A stretch of 64,000 bases of DNA, taken from positions 352,160,001 to 352,224,000 of the forward strand of contig OZ024743.1 in NCBI GenBank assembly GCA_964016885.1, given 5' to 3'. The notes beneath the pieces were generated by a model. The model had not been told where the DNA came from, made no database searches, and saw nothing but the letters and a program-made list of their open reading frames with translations. Positions 1 through 17,112 of the stretch are shown piece after piece. The DNA comes from Eledone cirrhosa (lineage: Eukaryota). The first letter of the stretch is position 1, and every line of letters begins with the position of its first letter. Position numbers and translations under genes: made by a program.

Positions 1-1645
1 GTACGTGCCGGCTTGCACTATGCTATGTCGGATGTCTCCGCCTCGACGACATGCCGTCTAGAACTCGTCCGCCCCGCCTGCACGTTAACGGCCGCCCTCC
101 ACCTCCGCTCCGTCTTCCGCCTCCGATGCGTGTTCCGCCGTTAATGCGTGCCCAGTTGGCCGCCTCCGACCCGTGTGGCTGCAGGGGAATCGAGCCGATG
201 TCGACGCCCGGACGGCGGCGTGTTGTAGCTTGGTCGACGCGACGACAACACGCCGCCAACTTGCTTCCTTCGGGGAGGCCCCGTGTAGACGGCGGAAAGA
301 AATCCATTCCGCCGGCTAGGCGGTTCCGCCGCCGACCCGTACTTTTACGAGTAGCTGCCGGGAAAGACAGGCGGCAAGACGGCGTGTACACGCGACACGA
401 AGCCTTCCGCCTCGTACCCGGTAAACGTTCCGCCGTTGATGCGTGCCGAGTCAGCCGCGTCCGACCCGTGGTGGCTGCAGGGGAATCCAGACGAACGGCG
501 AAGTGGTGTAGCTTCGCCGACGACACGCCGCCTTCTATCTCTCTAGCCATTCTAGGTCCCGCATCGACAGCGGGACCGAAGCCAACCCGCCGACTAGGCG
601 GTTCCGCAGCCGACCCGTGGCCGGCGGATCGTCCTTGGGGGATTTGCAACGATTCCGGAGGATGCAGCACGGCCAGGGGGTCCTGTCTATTATAGAGGGT
701 AAGCTTGATCGGACGAGCTCGAAGAAAACGATTCCGGGTGCTACCCGTTGAGAGTCGTGAATATTCCGTTTTCAAGACGGGTACGTGCCGGCTTACCCTA
801 TGCTATGTCGGATGTCTCCGCCTCGAACGACATGCCGTCCAGAACTCGTCCGCCCCGCCTGCACGTTAACGCCCGCGCTCCGCCTTCCCCCAGCGATGCG
901 TGTTCCACCGTTAAGGCTTGCCCAGTTGGCCGCCTCCGACCCGTGTGGCTGCAGGGGAATCCAGCCGATGACGACGCCCGGACGGCGGCGTGTTGTGACT
1001 TGGTCGACGCGACGACAACACGCTGCCAGCTAGCTTCCTTCGGGGAGGCCCCTTGTAGACGGCGGAAAGAAATCTATTCCGCCGGCCAGGCGGTTCCGCC
1101 GCCGACCCGTACATTTACGAGTAGCTGCCGGGAAAGACAGACGGCAAGACGGCGTGTATACGCGAAGCGAGGCGAAGTTCCCCGACGCGACACGACGCCC
1201 TCCGTCTTCCGCCTCCGACCCGGCAAACGTTACTTCATTTGTCCACGCCTTCCCGCTTCGATCGCGGAAAGAAATCCATTCCGCCGGCTAGGCGGTTCCG
1301 CCGCCGACCCGTACTTTTACGAGTAGCTGCCGGGAAAGACAGGCGGCAAGACGGCGTGTATACGCGAAGCGAAGCGAAGTTCCCCGACGCGACAGGACGC
1401 CTTCCGTCTTCCGCCTCGAACCCGGCAAACGTTCCTTTATTCGTTCACGCCTTCCCGCTTCGATCGCGGAAACAAATCCATTCCGCCGGCTAGGCGGTTC
1501 CGCCGCCGACCCGTACTTTTACGAGTAGCTGCCGGGAAAGACAGGCGGCAAGACGGCGTGTATACGCGAAGTTCCGCCACGCGACAGGATCCATTCCGTC
1601 TTCCGCCTCGAACCCGGCAAACGTTCCTTTATTCGTTCTCGCCTT
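1..1645. repeat. GC/CpG-rich hierarchical tandem repeat (780-bp unit that passes into ~202-bp subunits)
   Basis: GTACGTGCCGGCTT...TGCTATGTCGGATGTCTCCGCCTCG recurs at 1 and 781. The block AATC(C/T)ATTCCGCCGGC...GAGTAGCTGCCGGGAAAGACAG recurs at 301, 1071, 1273 and 1475. Confidence 0.85.
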
Positions 1646-3262
1646 GCCGAGTACTGACTTTAGAAAGTACATTGAAAAATCTTGGAAGAGATACCTTGAC
1701 GACTGTTTCATCATCTGGACAGAATCTCTAGATACTCTGGATGAGTTCAATATCCTCCTGAATAACCTAGACTCATCTCTCCAATTCACAAAAGAGATGA
1801 GTAGGACCAAATTACCATTCCTAGATATAATGATAATCAAAAACGACACCACCATTACCACGGATATATATTATAAACACACAGACACCCATCAATATCT
1901 GAATTTTATGTCGTGCCATCCACCTCATACAAAACGCAACATCCCATACTGCCTAGCCAGAAGAATTTGTACCATTGTAGAAGATACGAATACCAAGTAC
2001 AAACGCCTAACAGAACTAAGAGAATTTTTGCTCAAACAAAAATACCCATCTCTACTTATAGAAAATGGCATACAGCGGGCTATAAAAATACCTATACAAC
2101 AACTTAGAACAACCCAAGGAAGAAGAAACCAAGAACTGGTCATACCATTTATAATGACACACAACCCATGTCACCAGAATATATTCAACACTGCCAAAGC
2201 AAACCTACCGATCATTGCTCAAAGTAATGAATTAAAAGGCTTAATCACAGATCGATCTTTGACTCTTAGTAAAAGACAGAGAAAAAATTTGAAGCAATGA
2301 TAATCGATGCGGCACATGTCAATCCAAACAGGCCGGTCAATATATGAAAACAAAAACTGGAAAAATATTCCCAAATGCAATTATGAACTGCAAAAGCAGA
2401 AATCTGCATTAAATGCCCGAATTGTGAAGAACTATATGTCGGTCAAACTGGAAATGCACTATCGGAACGTGCACGGGTACACCGTCAACAAATCAGAGAC
2501 CCAAATGTCCGTCAGATACCCCTAAGCGGCCACCTGGCAACATGTGGTCAGGGAATATTTATAATATTCCCATTCTACAAATTACACAGCCCAAGTGAAA
2601 TCAAGAGAAAAATCAAAGAAAATAATTTTATTGATAAATTCAAACCCAAGCTAAATGAACAATAATAACGCCTAGGGATATTATTTCTACTACCACTATG
2701 ACCACGACCACTAACAACAACCACAACAACAATAATAATAATAATAAAAGTGATGTTGATGGTGATGATTAATAGAAAATGCTATTTTCATCATTTCAAA
2801 AAGCAAAACAATTGATACGTTGGGTATGACTATTGGTCGTTAGCATGCTCAACCAGCCGTGACGCTTAAACCAATCAGCTGTAGTAATTCAGTGAAACTA
2901 CACACTGATTGGTCGAAATACAGTTTACAGGGCTTTGCATTCCGGGGCCACTTTTCTCTGTATAAAATGTATAAAAGGTAGTAAATTTACCCATCTCATT
3001 ACAGTTGAAAATTGCAAAATCGACTGTCACCACATATCATGAACCTGAAGATTGCGAAAGCATGAAAGTACTTGTTCAATTAACACTTAGAATTTAATAT
3101 TCTATCATACTATTTCATTATAATACCATATTATATTATATATATTTTAAAGGATTGTAAATAAAACGAGTAAATCAGACAAAGTTGGAATTCCTCTTAT
3201 TAATATAATCTTCTATACACAATCATACACACCCGTGTATATTTACCTATCTATATCTATAT
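1646..3262 (+). mobile_element. 5'-truncated Penelope-like retroelement (RT C-terminus, GIY-YIG remnant, 3' pLTR)
   Basis: ORF 1644-2300 has RYLDDCFIIW, LPFLDIMI and YYKHTDTHQYLNFMSCHP, which are PLE RT/thumb motifs. Frameshifted sequence at ~2420-2480 reads YVGQTGNALSERARVHRQ (GIY-YIG-like). The 3' end carries an HHR. Confidence 0.88.
3040..3078 (+). ncRNA. Minimal type I hammerhead ribozyme in Penelope pLTR
   Basis: TGAAC-CTGAAGA-T TGC GAAA GCA T-GAAA-GTAC-TT-GTTCA: perfect stem I, GAAA-capped stem II and palindromic stem III. Confidence 0.85.
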
Positions 3263-3980
3263 ATATATATAGAGAGATTTATATATATGCATACATACAC
3301 ACAAGCACACACACACACACACATTTGCAACTCTGCAGCACGTTTATTCTTATATTTACACATATTTTTTCTCCCGCTATGACCCGTCTATTTCGTTCTT
3401 ACTGCTTCCTCTTTCTCTGTTCTTTACCCTCTCTAACAGTTACTCTCTCTGTTAGCCTCTTCCTCACCCTTCACTCACTCACTCTCTGTTACTACCTCTC
3501 CTCCTCCTCCTTCTTCCCGTTTGACCTGTGCGTAATTCTTTTCTTTCGCACGCTTGGTCAGGCTGGTTGGCATTTTTTCTCTCTCTCGTCTACGATTTCA
3601 CAGAACTTATGTTTACCGAATTCACAGACTAGACCCCTTCTTCCTCCCGTTAGACCTGTGCTAAATTCCTTCCTTGCTCACATTTCAACCAGGTTTGGTG
3701 GTCTTTATTCTCTCTCGTTCACGATTTCACAGAACTTATATTCATGGAAATTTTTGGACTTGACTCGCTCTTCCTCACTTTTCGTTGCTTCACCATCTTT
3801 GTTTGTTTACACTCTCGCTGTTCCCTTTATTTACATGTCCCAACGACTTTCTTTTGCTGTTGTTCGCACCAACCGGAGGTATATGGTCTTTAAAGTGAAG
3901 AAATACCGATGATGGTTGGAAGATCACTGATGAAGGGCCACTTTATTCATATATATATATATGTGTGTGTGTGTGTGTTC

Positions 3981-5676
3981 CACATTGCAAGGCAGTGTGT
4001 CAATGCAAATCAGGATGTTGTTGGAGATAAATGTGTCCGGGATGATGCCGGTGTACTTAGTGTCACAAATGATCAGAAAAAGGAGGCCTGGAAATGTCAT
4101 TATGAGAGACTGATGAATGTGGAGAACGAATGGGAGAGAGAGAAATTACCCTTAGTAGATCCAACAGAGGGACCAGCTATTGAGATTGACGAATATAGGG
4201 TTCAAGAGGCGATTAAGGAAATGAAAAATGGTAAGGCTGCTGGACCATCGGGAATAGTTGCTGAGATGCTGAAGGCATCAGGGGACGTAGGCACTAAACT
4301 GGTTGCACACATCATCAATCAGGCTATATATGGTGTTGTCATACCCAAGGACTGGTGCAGCAGTATTCTCATAAATTGCTACAAAGGTAAAGGGGATGCT
4401 CGGGAGAGGAGCAATTATAGGGGTATAAAACTGATGGATCAGGTTATGAAAGTGGCAGAAAGGATATTAGCACAACTAATTAGAGAAAGGGTCAAACTAG
4501 ATGAGATGCAGTTTGGTTTTGTGCGTGGGAAGAGTACAACAGATGCCCTCTTCTTGGTGAGACAATTGCAAAAGAGGTTCTTAGAGAAAAATAAGCCACT
4601 ATACTTAGCCTTTGTTGACCTAGAGAAGGCCTTTGATAGGGTAGCCCGATCTGTCATCTGGTGGTCCCTAAGGAAGCTAGGTGTTGAGGAATGGCTTGTG
4701 AGGACAGTGCAAACTTTGTACAGAGGTACTCTCAGTAAAGTCAGGGTAGGAATGGAGTTTAATGAGGAATTCCAGATACAAGTATGAGTACATCAAGGTT
4801 CGGTCCTCAGCCCGCTCTTGTTCATTATAGTCCTCCAAGCCATAACAGAGGAGTTTAAGACTGGCTGTCCATGGGAACTTCTCTATGCTGACGATCTGGT
4901 TCTTATAGCAGAATCAGTAGAGGAGCTAGAGAATAAATTCTGACTATGGAAACAGGAGTTGGAAGCAAGAGGACTGAGAGTGAACCTAGCTAAGACAAAA
5001 GTGATGATGAGTAGAAAAGAAGACAAAACTCTGATTCCGTCAGGGAAATGGCCATGTTCGATATGCAGAAAAGGAACTGGCATAAATTCTATAAAATGCA
5101 CACAATGCAGATCCTGGGTACACAAGAGATGTAGCGGGATAGCAGGCAAACTAACAGGTAGGGAGAAATATGTATGCAGTAGATGTACAGGGAAATTAGA
5201 CACTAGAAGTCGCATTGATAGACACATTTTTCAAATGCAGGAGGGCGCTATAGAAGTGGTGGATAGCTTCCGGGACCTAGGAGATCAGATTAGCATGGGA
5301 GGAAGGTGTTCCGAGGCCATAGTATCAAGAATAAGGACGGGTTGGAAGAAGTTTAGGGAGCAGCTTCCTCTGCTGACGAAGAAGTGGTTCTCCCTGCGTA
5401 CGAAAGGCCGGTTGTATGATGACTGTGTGAGGAGCGTGATGCTGCATGGTAGTGAGACACGGGCAGCAACTGCAGAGGATATGCGACGGCTGGAGAGAAA
5501 TGAAGCAAGCATGCTCCATTGGATGTGCAGTGTAAATGTGCGTGAATGACCCAGCATAAATGTGTTGAGAGAGAAACTGTGGTCTGATAGGGATAGAATG
5601 TAGTGTACAGGAGAGGAGACTGAGGTGGTATGGACATGTGATGCGCATGGAGAATGACCGATGGGTGAAGAAGTGC
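3981..5676 (+). mobile_element. RTE-clade LINE fragment (RT plus Cys-rich insert), disrupted by stop codons
   Basis: Motifs KAAGPSGI, NYRGIKL, QFGF, AFVDLEKAFDRV, LYADDLVL, CSICRKG...CRSWVHKRCSG and [10 protein letters not shown], with internal stops. Confidence 0.9.
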
Positions 5677-6128
<452 letters not shown>

Positions 6129-6176
6129 CAACCAGTAAGACCCCGACGGCTGAGCTCAAGCCGTTTCGACGGCTAA

Positions 6177-6453
6177 TTCATAATTGTGGTGACAGTCAAG
6201 TTTGCAATTTTCAACAGTTGAAAGTTGCAAACTTGACTGTCACCACACATTATGAACCTGAAAATTGCGAAAGCATGGAAGTACTTGTTCAATTAACACT
6301 TAACATTTAATATTCTACCATACTATTTCATTCTAATACCATTATAAATTTTAAAGGATTGTAAATAAAACGAGTAAATCAGACGAAGTTGGAATTCCTT
6401 TTATTAATATAATCTTCTATACTCAATCATACACACCCGTGTATATTTATCTA

Positions 6454-6470
<17 letters not shown>
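6177..6470 (+). mobile_element. Solo Penelope pLTR (copy of ~2999-3262) with a short inverted 5' arm and a core-mutated HHR at 6253-6291
   Basis: Close match to 2999-3262. Segment 6177-6256 is an inverted repeat. The core reads CTGAAAA...GGAA instead of CTGAAGA...GAAA. Confidence 0.8.
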
Positions 6471-7411
<941 letters not shown>

Positions 7412-7538
7412 AAAGTTCTATTTAAATTGTTGGGATACAACAAGCAAATATTTTTATAACTGATATAAAGCACTCAACAAATAATTAGAGTAAAAATACG
7501 ATATTAACAAATGGAAACTATATTTATAAAACCATATT

Positions 7539-7603
7539 TATTTCATTATACATATTTCAAGGACACCAAGTTAAATTATGGTGTGCTTTCATCAGATAAA
7601 ATA
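7539..7603 (-). ncRNA. Type I hammerhead ribozyme
   Basis: Minus strand reads TATTTTAT-CTGATGA-AAGCACACCA..TGGTGTCCTT-GAAA-TATGTA-TA-ATGAAATA. Confidence 0.8.
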
Positions 7604-7754
7604 TAATATAGAGCAGTTTTATAAATAAATATTGACATACTCTTAAAGAATGCAACCATTATTATTGGAAGCTCCCGGATAGTGGAGTTATATCTTTAAT
7701 TATACTATTAGGTAAGTTAGTATTGGATATTTTTAAATAAGCCGTTGGGTTACG

Positions 7755-7795
7755 GAGAAAGAGAAAGAGAGAGAGAGAGAGCAGAACAACAGAGA

Positions 7796-7826
<31 letters not shown>

Positions 7827-7827
7827 G

Positions 7828-7896
<69 letters not shown>

Positions 7897-7915
7897 AAGA
7901 GACAGGAGAGAGAGC
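7755..7915. repeat. (GA)n microsatellite
   Basis: Read directly from the sequence. Confidence 0.95.
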
Positions 7916-8477
7916 GAAAACTCTAAGTCATATCTTGTTGAGTTATCTTGACATTTGAGATGAAATGAATAAATAAAATTAGAAATGTTAATAATCATGA
8001 ATGGAAGATACATATATAATATGAGAAATTTAACCATTGTTTAAATATGATTAAATGTTTAGTTAGTCAGTTAAAATATTGAGATCAATACATTAAAAAT
8101 TGAGATCTATATATTAAGAAATCTATATATTATTATTAAGACTATATTATTAAAAATCTATATATTATATAACACATGCACACGCAAAAATTATTACTAA
8201 CAATTTTAACTATTTTAACAATTTTAACTATTTTAACAATTTATCAACTATAATAGAAAACCTTACAATAATTCCGAAAACAAAAAAAGAAATAGAACTA
8301 GGAACATATTATGGTTCGCTCCTCCTTTCTCATTAAATATTAAAACCCCTATTGCTAAACTATTTTTTAAAGCTCTTGACAAATGCTTCCCTAGAACACA
8401 TAGATATTATTCAATCTTTAATAGACGTACAATAAAATTAACTTATTCTTCCACCAAAAACTTAGTGCAAAATATTA

Positions 8478-11613
<3,136 letters not shown>

Positions 11614-11869
11614 CTTCTGGCTCGTTAATTTAATAACCTGCCATAGAACCACATTGGCATACGGTTGGATAATACATGTGTCCCTATATGCATTTTTTGC
11701 ATGTAGGAAAACATACTTTATTATTATTAATTTCCTCTGGTCGAGATAACATTTTGGTCGTTTTAACTGCTGCTATTTCTAGTGGCAGTACATTGACCTT
11801 TCCGCCCTTGCCTTCTATCTTTATACACGACACTGTGTGTAAAGAAAAGATGTACATCTACCTATGTTA

Positions 11870-12715
11870 GCTGGGGTTTCCCCTATCTTGTTCGGCAAGT
11901 GGGGAAAAGGAAGATGTTGCAGCCACCCCGGGTCATTAGGGGTTTTGAGGGCGAAGTAAGTCCTACGCAATCGATGTTTACATGCTGTTACAAGTTCTTC
12001 TTTTTTGTTTAGGGGTTGGTCCTTCGTAAACAGCATTTGTAATGTTTCCTCCGAGCATAAGTTACACGGACGGCGTCCTCTCGTGTAGGAGTTAGCCCCG
12101 GACAATAAAGTTGTAGGGTGATTTTAAATCCCCAGTCCTGGAAGAAGTTGATTAGTTGTTTACTGACCCGGTTTGTACTACTGGGGTTGTACCCTTTGAG
12201 GGTAAGGAGCCCATCGTCTCGGTACAATCCACCGCCGAATGCAGGAAACATTTCGGTGAGTTTATGTAGTAGGAATAATTCTATAAGATCGGTCACGTTG
12301 GCCGAGTCGGTCACGCCCATACTGACGTCGAAGGGGGAGTCGGGAGCTCTCTTTATCCATTTGGAGTTGTCGAAAAGAAGGACTGTCTTCCTGGCGTGGA
12401 GAATGATGTTTCTTTCTTGGTCGGTGATGGGTGTAAGTGTTTTGGCAAAGTCCAAAGCGGGCGTAAGTAGCGGTAAGGTAATAGAAGCGTAATAGCTCAC
12501 TATGTCGAACTGGATGAATTTGGTGTCCTGTTTGTCCTTAATATTCCTGAGCCATGAGATGACTTCCTGGGTGCTGACCCAAAGGCTAAGTCTCGCGTTT
12601 TGCTTAACTTTTGGTATAACGTGGTCTAGGATCTGTTTACTGATTCTCCCTATGTCCGACTTCGTCGTTTTCCTCATCAGTTGTCTACTGGGGGTCTCGG
12701 ATATTTCTACGCTTT
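11870..12715 (-). mobile_element. Internally deleted Penelope-like element (RT joined to the GIY-YIG C-terminus)
   Basis: RT motifs FIQFDIVSYY, FDVSMG and GGLYRDDGL are joined near 12105 to the terminal motif CNLCSEE...LNKKEELVTACKHR. Confidence 0.8.
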
Positions 12716-13043
12716 AAAGACAAGATATTTATCCTCAGAGCGTCAATAACTGGATAAGTTATTATTATTGAATCTGAGAGAATCAGTTTTTATCCATGGA
12801 CAGTTATATATTGGTTGTTCACGAGTGGGAACATCTAGAAATCTTCATATACTTTGCACGAACGGCAAAACAAAGAATCTGGCGTATTTGGAAGTTTTTT
12901 TACTTTTTTTTTTTGTCACACAGACACATCACGGTTTCGCCTCATACTGTAAACCAGACAACGCATCCAATACAGTCGTTTTCTCTTCTACTTGTCTTCT
13001 CTTATTAACTGTTCAGCCGGGCGAAGCCGGGTACCTCATCTAG
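12716..13043 (+). mobile_element. Helitron 3' end (PIF1-like helicase C-terminus, hairpin, CTAG)
   Basis: Peptide VFIHGQLYIGCSRVG...TKNLAY. The terminus reads CCGGGCGAAGCCGG...CTAG|T. Confidence 0.85.
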
Positions 13044-13849
13044 TATGATATAATATGCACACTACATATGCTAACAGAAAACCGCCCCGGGGTGATTCTT
13101 CTGATAGTATTTATAATGTTATCCTAAAGAAAATCTGTTTTATATGTGTAGCGATAGGGTCACGTCCATGTAACTGTTAAAATGTATTCTTCGTAGGATG
13201 AATGATAAAAAGAATGATGAAGAATTGTGATGTCGTTGACAACGTTTATTTTGTAATAATAAAAGTCACTTGTTGGTACATCGAATATTGAGTAATAAAA
13301 ACGTGAGAATGACAGGAAGTCAAAAGGTTAGATAAAGTGTATAAGGGACAATAGAAGGAAACCTACTGTGTGTGTGTGTGTTAATCCGTAGCAAACGTGG
13401 TTTCTTTAGTAGCGGTCAGTCCATCTCTCTAATTCCCTGTCTGTCGAGCGAGTAAGAAATGTGAGAGAATAGTAAATAGAAGACTGTATTCGTGAAGAGA
13501 ATCCATAGTGTTAGTAGAACAGTTCTTCTGTCGTCTGTGTTAGCCACTATCTCTAATTTGGTTCTCGTAGCGCTTGTATTTATAAGAATATTATAGCTAG
13601 AACAACGTGTATATGGCTTTTGAGACAATAGCCAGGCCATTTGCCTATCGACTGTCAAGTGTATTGGCTCACAGGTCAAATGATATATAACATAGTTGTA
13701 GAGTGTTTTATGACCACTATAGAAAATTAATGGTTTGGCCATTTTACTATTTTATTTACTCCAATTTAGAAATAGTATCAGAAGGCGGTAGGCTGCGTTT
13801 AATGTCAATTGGATTGGCAGAACGAGATCTAGTCGCAACAGTTTGAACA

Positions 13850-14060
13850 CAGAATATTTATTTATCGAAGAACATATTTTTCAATCGTGTTTGTGAATGT
13901 GAACAAGCAGAATACATTTGAACTTGTTAAGAGTACAAGGGTGTTTGCGGATAGTACAATGTTACCTCTGCTGGTTGTCAAGACATTATGGATGTCTAAT
14001 ATCCAGTTGGTAGATTAAACATAGCACTCTCGGGTTAGGCATATTTCGCGCCACGTGTCG
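13850..14060 (-). repeat. Old dispersed repeat; diverged inverted copy at ~18735-18935 (and ~45625-45825)
   Basis: The reverse complement aligns by eye (AACTGGATAT...CCAT.ATGTCTTGACAAC...GAGGTAACATT...GAAAA.ATGTTCTTCG). Confidence 0.6.
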
Positions 14061-14689
14061 CATGTTGAGGACAGCAAATTATTACGTGTTTCTGGTCTGA
14101 AACTATCTGCTCTACTCTTGCTTTCGGGTTTGGCACAATGCATTACTCATCCGATAGATAGCTGTATCAGATCGTTGGCTGGCTAATAGTTAGGTGAGGT
14201 GAGTTAGTGCAACAGGAATTAACGCGTGTAAATTTACCTATTTATCTGTTCACTACATTACCTTCCGTTTAGATCGAAGGTCGATATCAATATATAAGCC
14301 AAGGCAAAACTATGTGGGTTGCAACTCTTCACGTATTACATGAGTAGTGCTAAATATGCAATATGTCTACATGACATCAAACAATAAAAAATCATCGGGT
14401 ACACAGAGAAAAGATACATGCATGAATACAACCGAGAAAAATGAAACATAACATAATTGAACAAGCAAAAGTAATTGTTTTCAGAAGAGTCAAAAGTTTG
14501 AACAATATCAAAGTTCATATATAGATTGCTTTACTCAATCTCTGAGGCCAATGCACTCTACGACCACTACGAGTCGTCGTAACATATGTTGGTGAAGGTA
14601 AGGAAGGTGTGTGTGATGTTGTGGCTGAGTATGCTCGTGAAGGTTCAACATGCAATGTATTGTATGTGGGGGTGTATGGGATTCAACTG

Positions 14690-16340
14690 GTGGAGCGTTT
14701 GTAAAGGCCTGTTTAATCCTATCTACTGAAACTGTGTATTTCCTACCACAAACGTCTATGGTAGGGTCCTGTATAGGGTGGTACCAGTGGTCCTTTCACT
14801 GAGTCTTTACGTAGAAAAACGTGAGTCCAAGAAGTAGTGTTTTTAGGAACCGAAGCTTTAATTGTCTGTTGACGTGTTCCCATAGGCTTAAGATCATTGA
14901 AATATGATCGCAATCGGTTAATATATAACGTAGGATCTTCCCGTGATGCGTCGACTGTGACTAACATCTGTCCCGGCAAGGATGAAGGTGTTCCGTACAG
15001 CAATTCCGCTGGGGACTATCCGAGATCCCCCCTGACCGCCGCGCAACAGCCAAGAAGAACAATTGGTAGATATTCACTCCATTTTTGCTGGTCGGGATAA
15101 GCACGCAATGCTGCTTTTAATTGTCGATGAAAGCGTTCTATCATGCCATTTGACGCCGGATGGTAACTATAGTTCTAATACGATGTATCCCTAAAATTTT
15201 AGAAAGTTCATGGAAGAGATGTCATTCAAATTGTCCGCCACGGTCAGTGGTGATCGTGGAAGGGACACCGTATCGCGAAATCCAGCCAGACATCAGAGCT
15301 CATGCTACCGATTCTGCTGAAATCTCTTCGAGAGGAATGGATTCAGGCCAACGTGTAAAACGGTCGATACACGTAAGAAGGTATGTGTATATCCATGGCT
15401 GACCGGCCAAAGTCCAACTAGGTCGATATGAATATGGTCAAAGCGGGCATATGGAGCGTTGAATGTGCCCAGAGGTGCTCGAATGTGTTTGTGCACCTTA
15501 GACTTCTGGCAAAGTATGCAGGAACGAGACCATGCAGTGATATCTCGTCTCATATTTGGCCAAAAGAATCTAGCCGTAATGAGTTTCACTGATGAAAGGA
15601 TTCCAGGGTATGAGAGGTTGTGTAACGTGTCGAAAACTGTTCGCCGATGAAGTTCCGGAACGAAGGGTCGAGATGAATCAGTCGATATGTCATACAGGAT
15701 GCTTGTGTCAGAATTGTGTAAAGGTAATTGTTTGAATTTGCACGTCGCAATTTCGGTTGCAGCTAAATCCAAATCGTCCAAAGCAGGCTGGTTAGCAACG
15801 AGCAAACGTAGATCAATATCGGTTTTTGTCGATAGTGAGTTGATAAGTAAACGAGATAATGCATATGCCGCTAAATTCTGTGATTCAGGAATATGACGTA
15901 TATCACTAGTGAATTGTGATACATAATCTAAATGTCGAGTTTCACGTGGCGAGTATCTTTCGAGTTTCGCTTTGAGAGCAAATGTCAAAGGACGATGGTC
16001 GGTGAAAATCGTAAACTGGCGTCCTTCCAACGAATGCTGGAAGTGTTTGATTGCCAAGTACATCGCTAACAGTTCTCTGCCGAAAGTACTGTATCAGGTT
16101 TCAGCGGGTTTAAGTTGTGTTGAGAAATATGCAAGTGGTTGCATACTCTAATTGTGATACTGTTGCAAAACTGCACCTACTGCTGTGCTTGATGCGTCAA
16201 CGACCAGTGAAAACTGGGCATCAGGCACAGGATGTGCAAGCAGGGTGACATCAGCTAATTCCTGTTTCACTCTGGAATAAGCTTCGAGGTGAGCAGGGTC
16301 TAAAGAAATAGACTCGTTTTTGGCTAGGGGTGTGGTTGAA
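14690..16340 (-). mobile_element. Ty3/Gypsy pol remnant (RNase H, integrase)
   Basis: Motifs LVVDASSTAVGAVLQQ, YLAIKHFQHSLEGRQFTIFTDHRPL, the integrase zinc finger (LHNLSYPG...CILCQKSK), HIDLVG and PPYTGPY, with frameshifts. Confidence 0.92.
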
Positions 16341-16676
16341 GAAAATGCAGAAAAAAAGCACATAAAATCATTTAGGCAAAATGAAAGAAAAAATGCTAAG
16401 CAAATTTGTATCAGCTACATATGTATAAGAATTTTTTTTTAATATAATATTAATGTAAATCACTTTTAAGCTATGACGGTGAATCATATTTGTGGTCTAC
16501 TATATTTCAGAGGCATTCAGGCGCCATATTCATTTCTATGTTGTCTATAGCATTTATAATAGTATCCAGATAAAGAAATAGTGATTCAAATGAATATAAA
16601 TAAATATACACAGGTACAATACAACAACCACGAAAGAAAGAATGAAAACACACACACACATGCACAGATGCATGAA

Positions 16677-16715
<39 letters not shown>

Positions 16716-16918
16716 AAAATAGAATAGACATTACAACGAGAGGAAATATAAAATCACCCCACATGATTCACAGACGTGTACTGGAATAACTTTAATAGAC
16801 TATATATATTTTTTTAACCTCACTCAATCAACGATAAACGTTGATTTCAAGCTAAATTAACAGAAGCGAAAACCAATCCAAATCAAACAGTGAGTGTGTT
16901 TTATTATTATTTCTGGCA

Positions 16919-17112
16919 AAGGGCGGTGGATTGGCAGTGTCGGTAGAGGGTCGGACGCCATGCTTTCCAGCATAGTTACGTCCCTTTACGATCTGAGTTC
17001 AAATCCCGCCGAGGTTGACTTTGCCTTTCATCCTTACGGGGTCGATAAAATAAAGTACCAGTGATGCACTGGTTAATTGCTGGCCTTGTGCCTAAAGTAG
17101 AAACAATTATTA
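16919..17112 (+). mobile_element. tRNA-derived SINE
   Basis: A box TGGCAGTGTCGG, B box GAGTTCAAATCC, central GCCTTTCATCCTTACGGGGTCGATAAAATAAAGTACCAG and an (ATT)n tail. Many copies occur in the window. Confidence 0.88.

Larger units (their letters stand above)
7409..8477. mobile_element. Penelope fragment: inverted pLTR (minus strand) followed by a short plus-strand ORF remnant
   Basis: ~8305-8470 (+) translates as LWFAPPFSLNIKTPIAKLFFKALDKCFP...IFNRRTIKLTYS, matching the PLE ORF at 39251-40930. There is an HHR on the minus strand at 7539-7603. Confidence 0.7.

Noticed and set aside
765-783. CCGTTTTCAAGACGGGT resembles the reverse complement of a conserved 28S rRNA segment
   Set aside because: The match is only ~17 nt and imperfect, and the flanks show no rRNA similarity.
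23-1493. Arg/Pro-rich ORFs in the GC-rich repeat
   Set aside because: They arise from stop-poor GC-rich tandem repeat sequence, and frames are not conserved between units.
3922-3950. GATCA-CTGATGA-AGGGCC, a possible hammerhead start
   Set aside because: There is no downstream GAAA or stem I partner before the microsatellite, so it is at most a truncated remnant.
16919-17010. tRNA gene
   Set aside because: The A and B boxes belong to a multi-copy SINE head, and no cloverleaf is evident.
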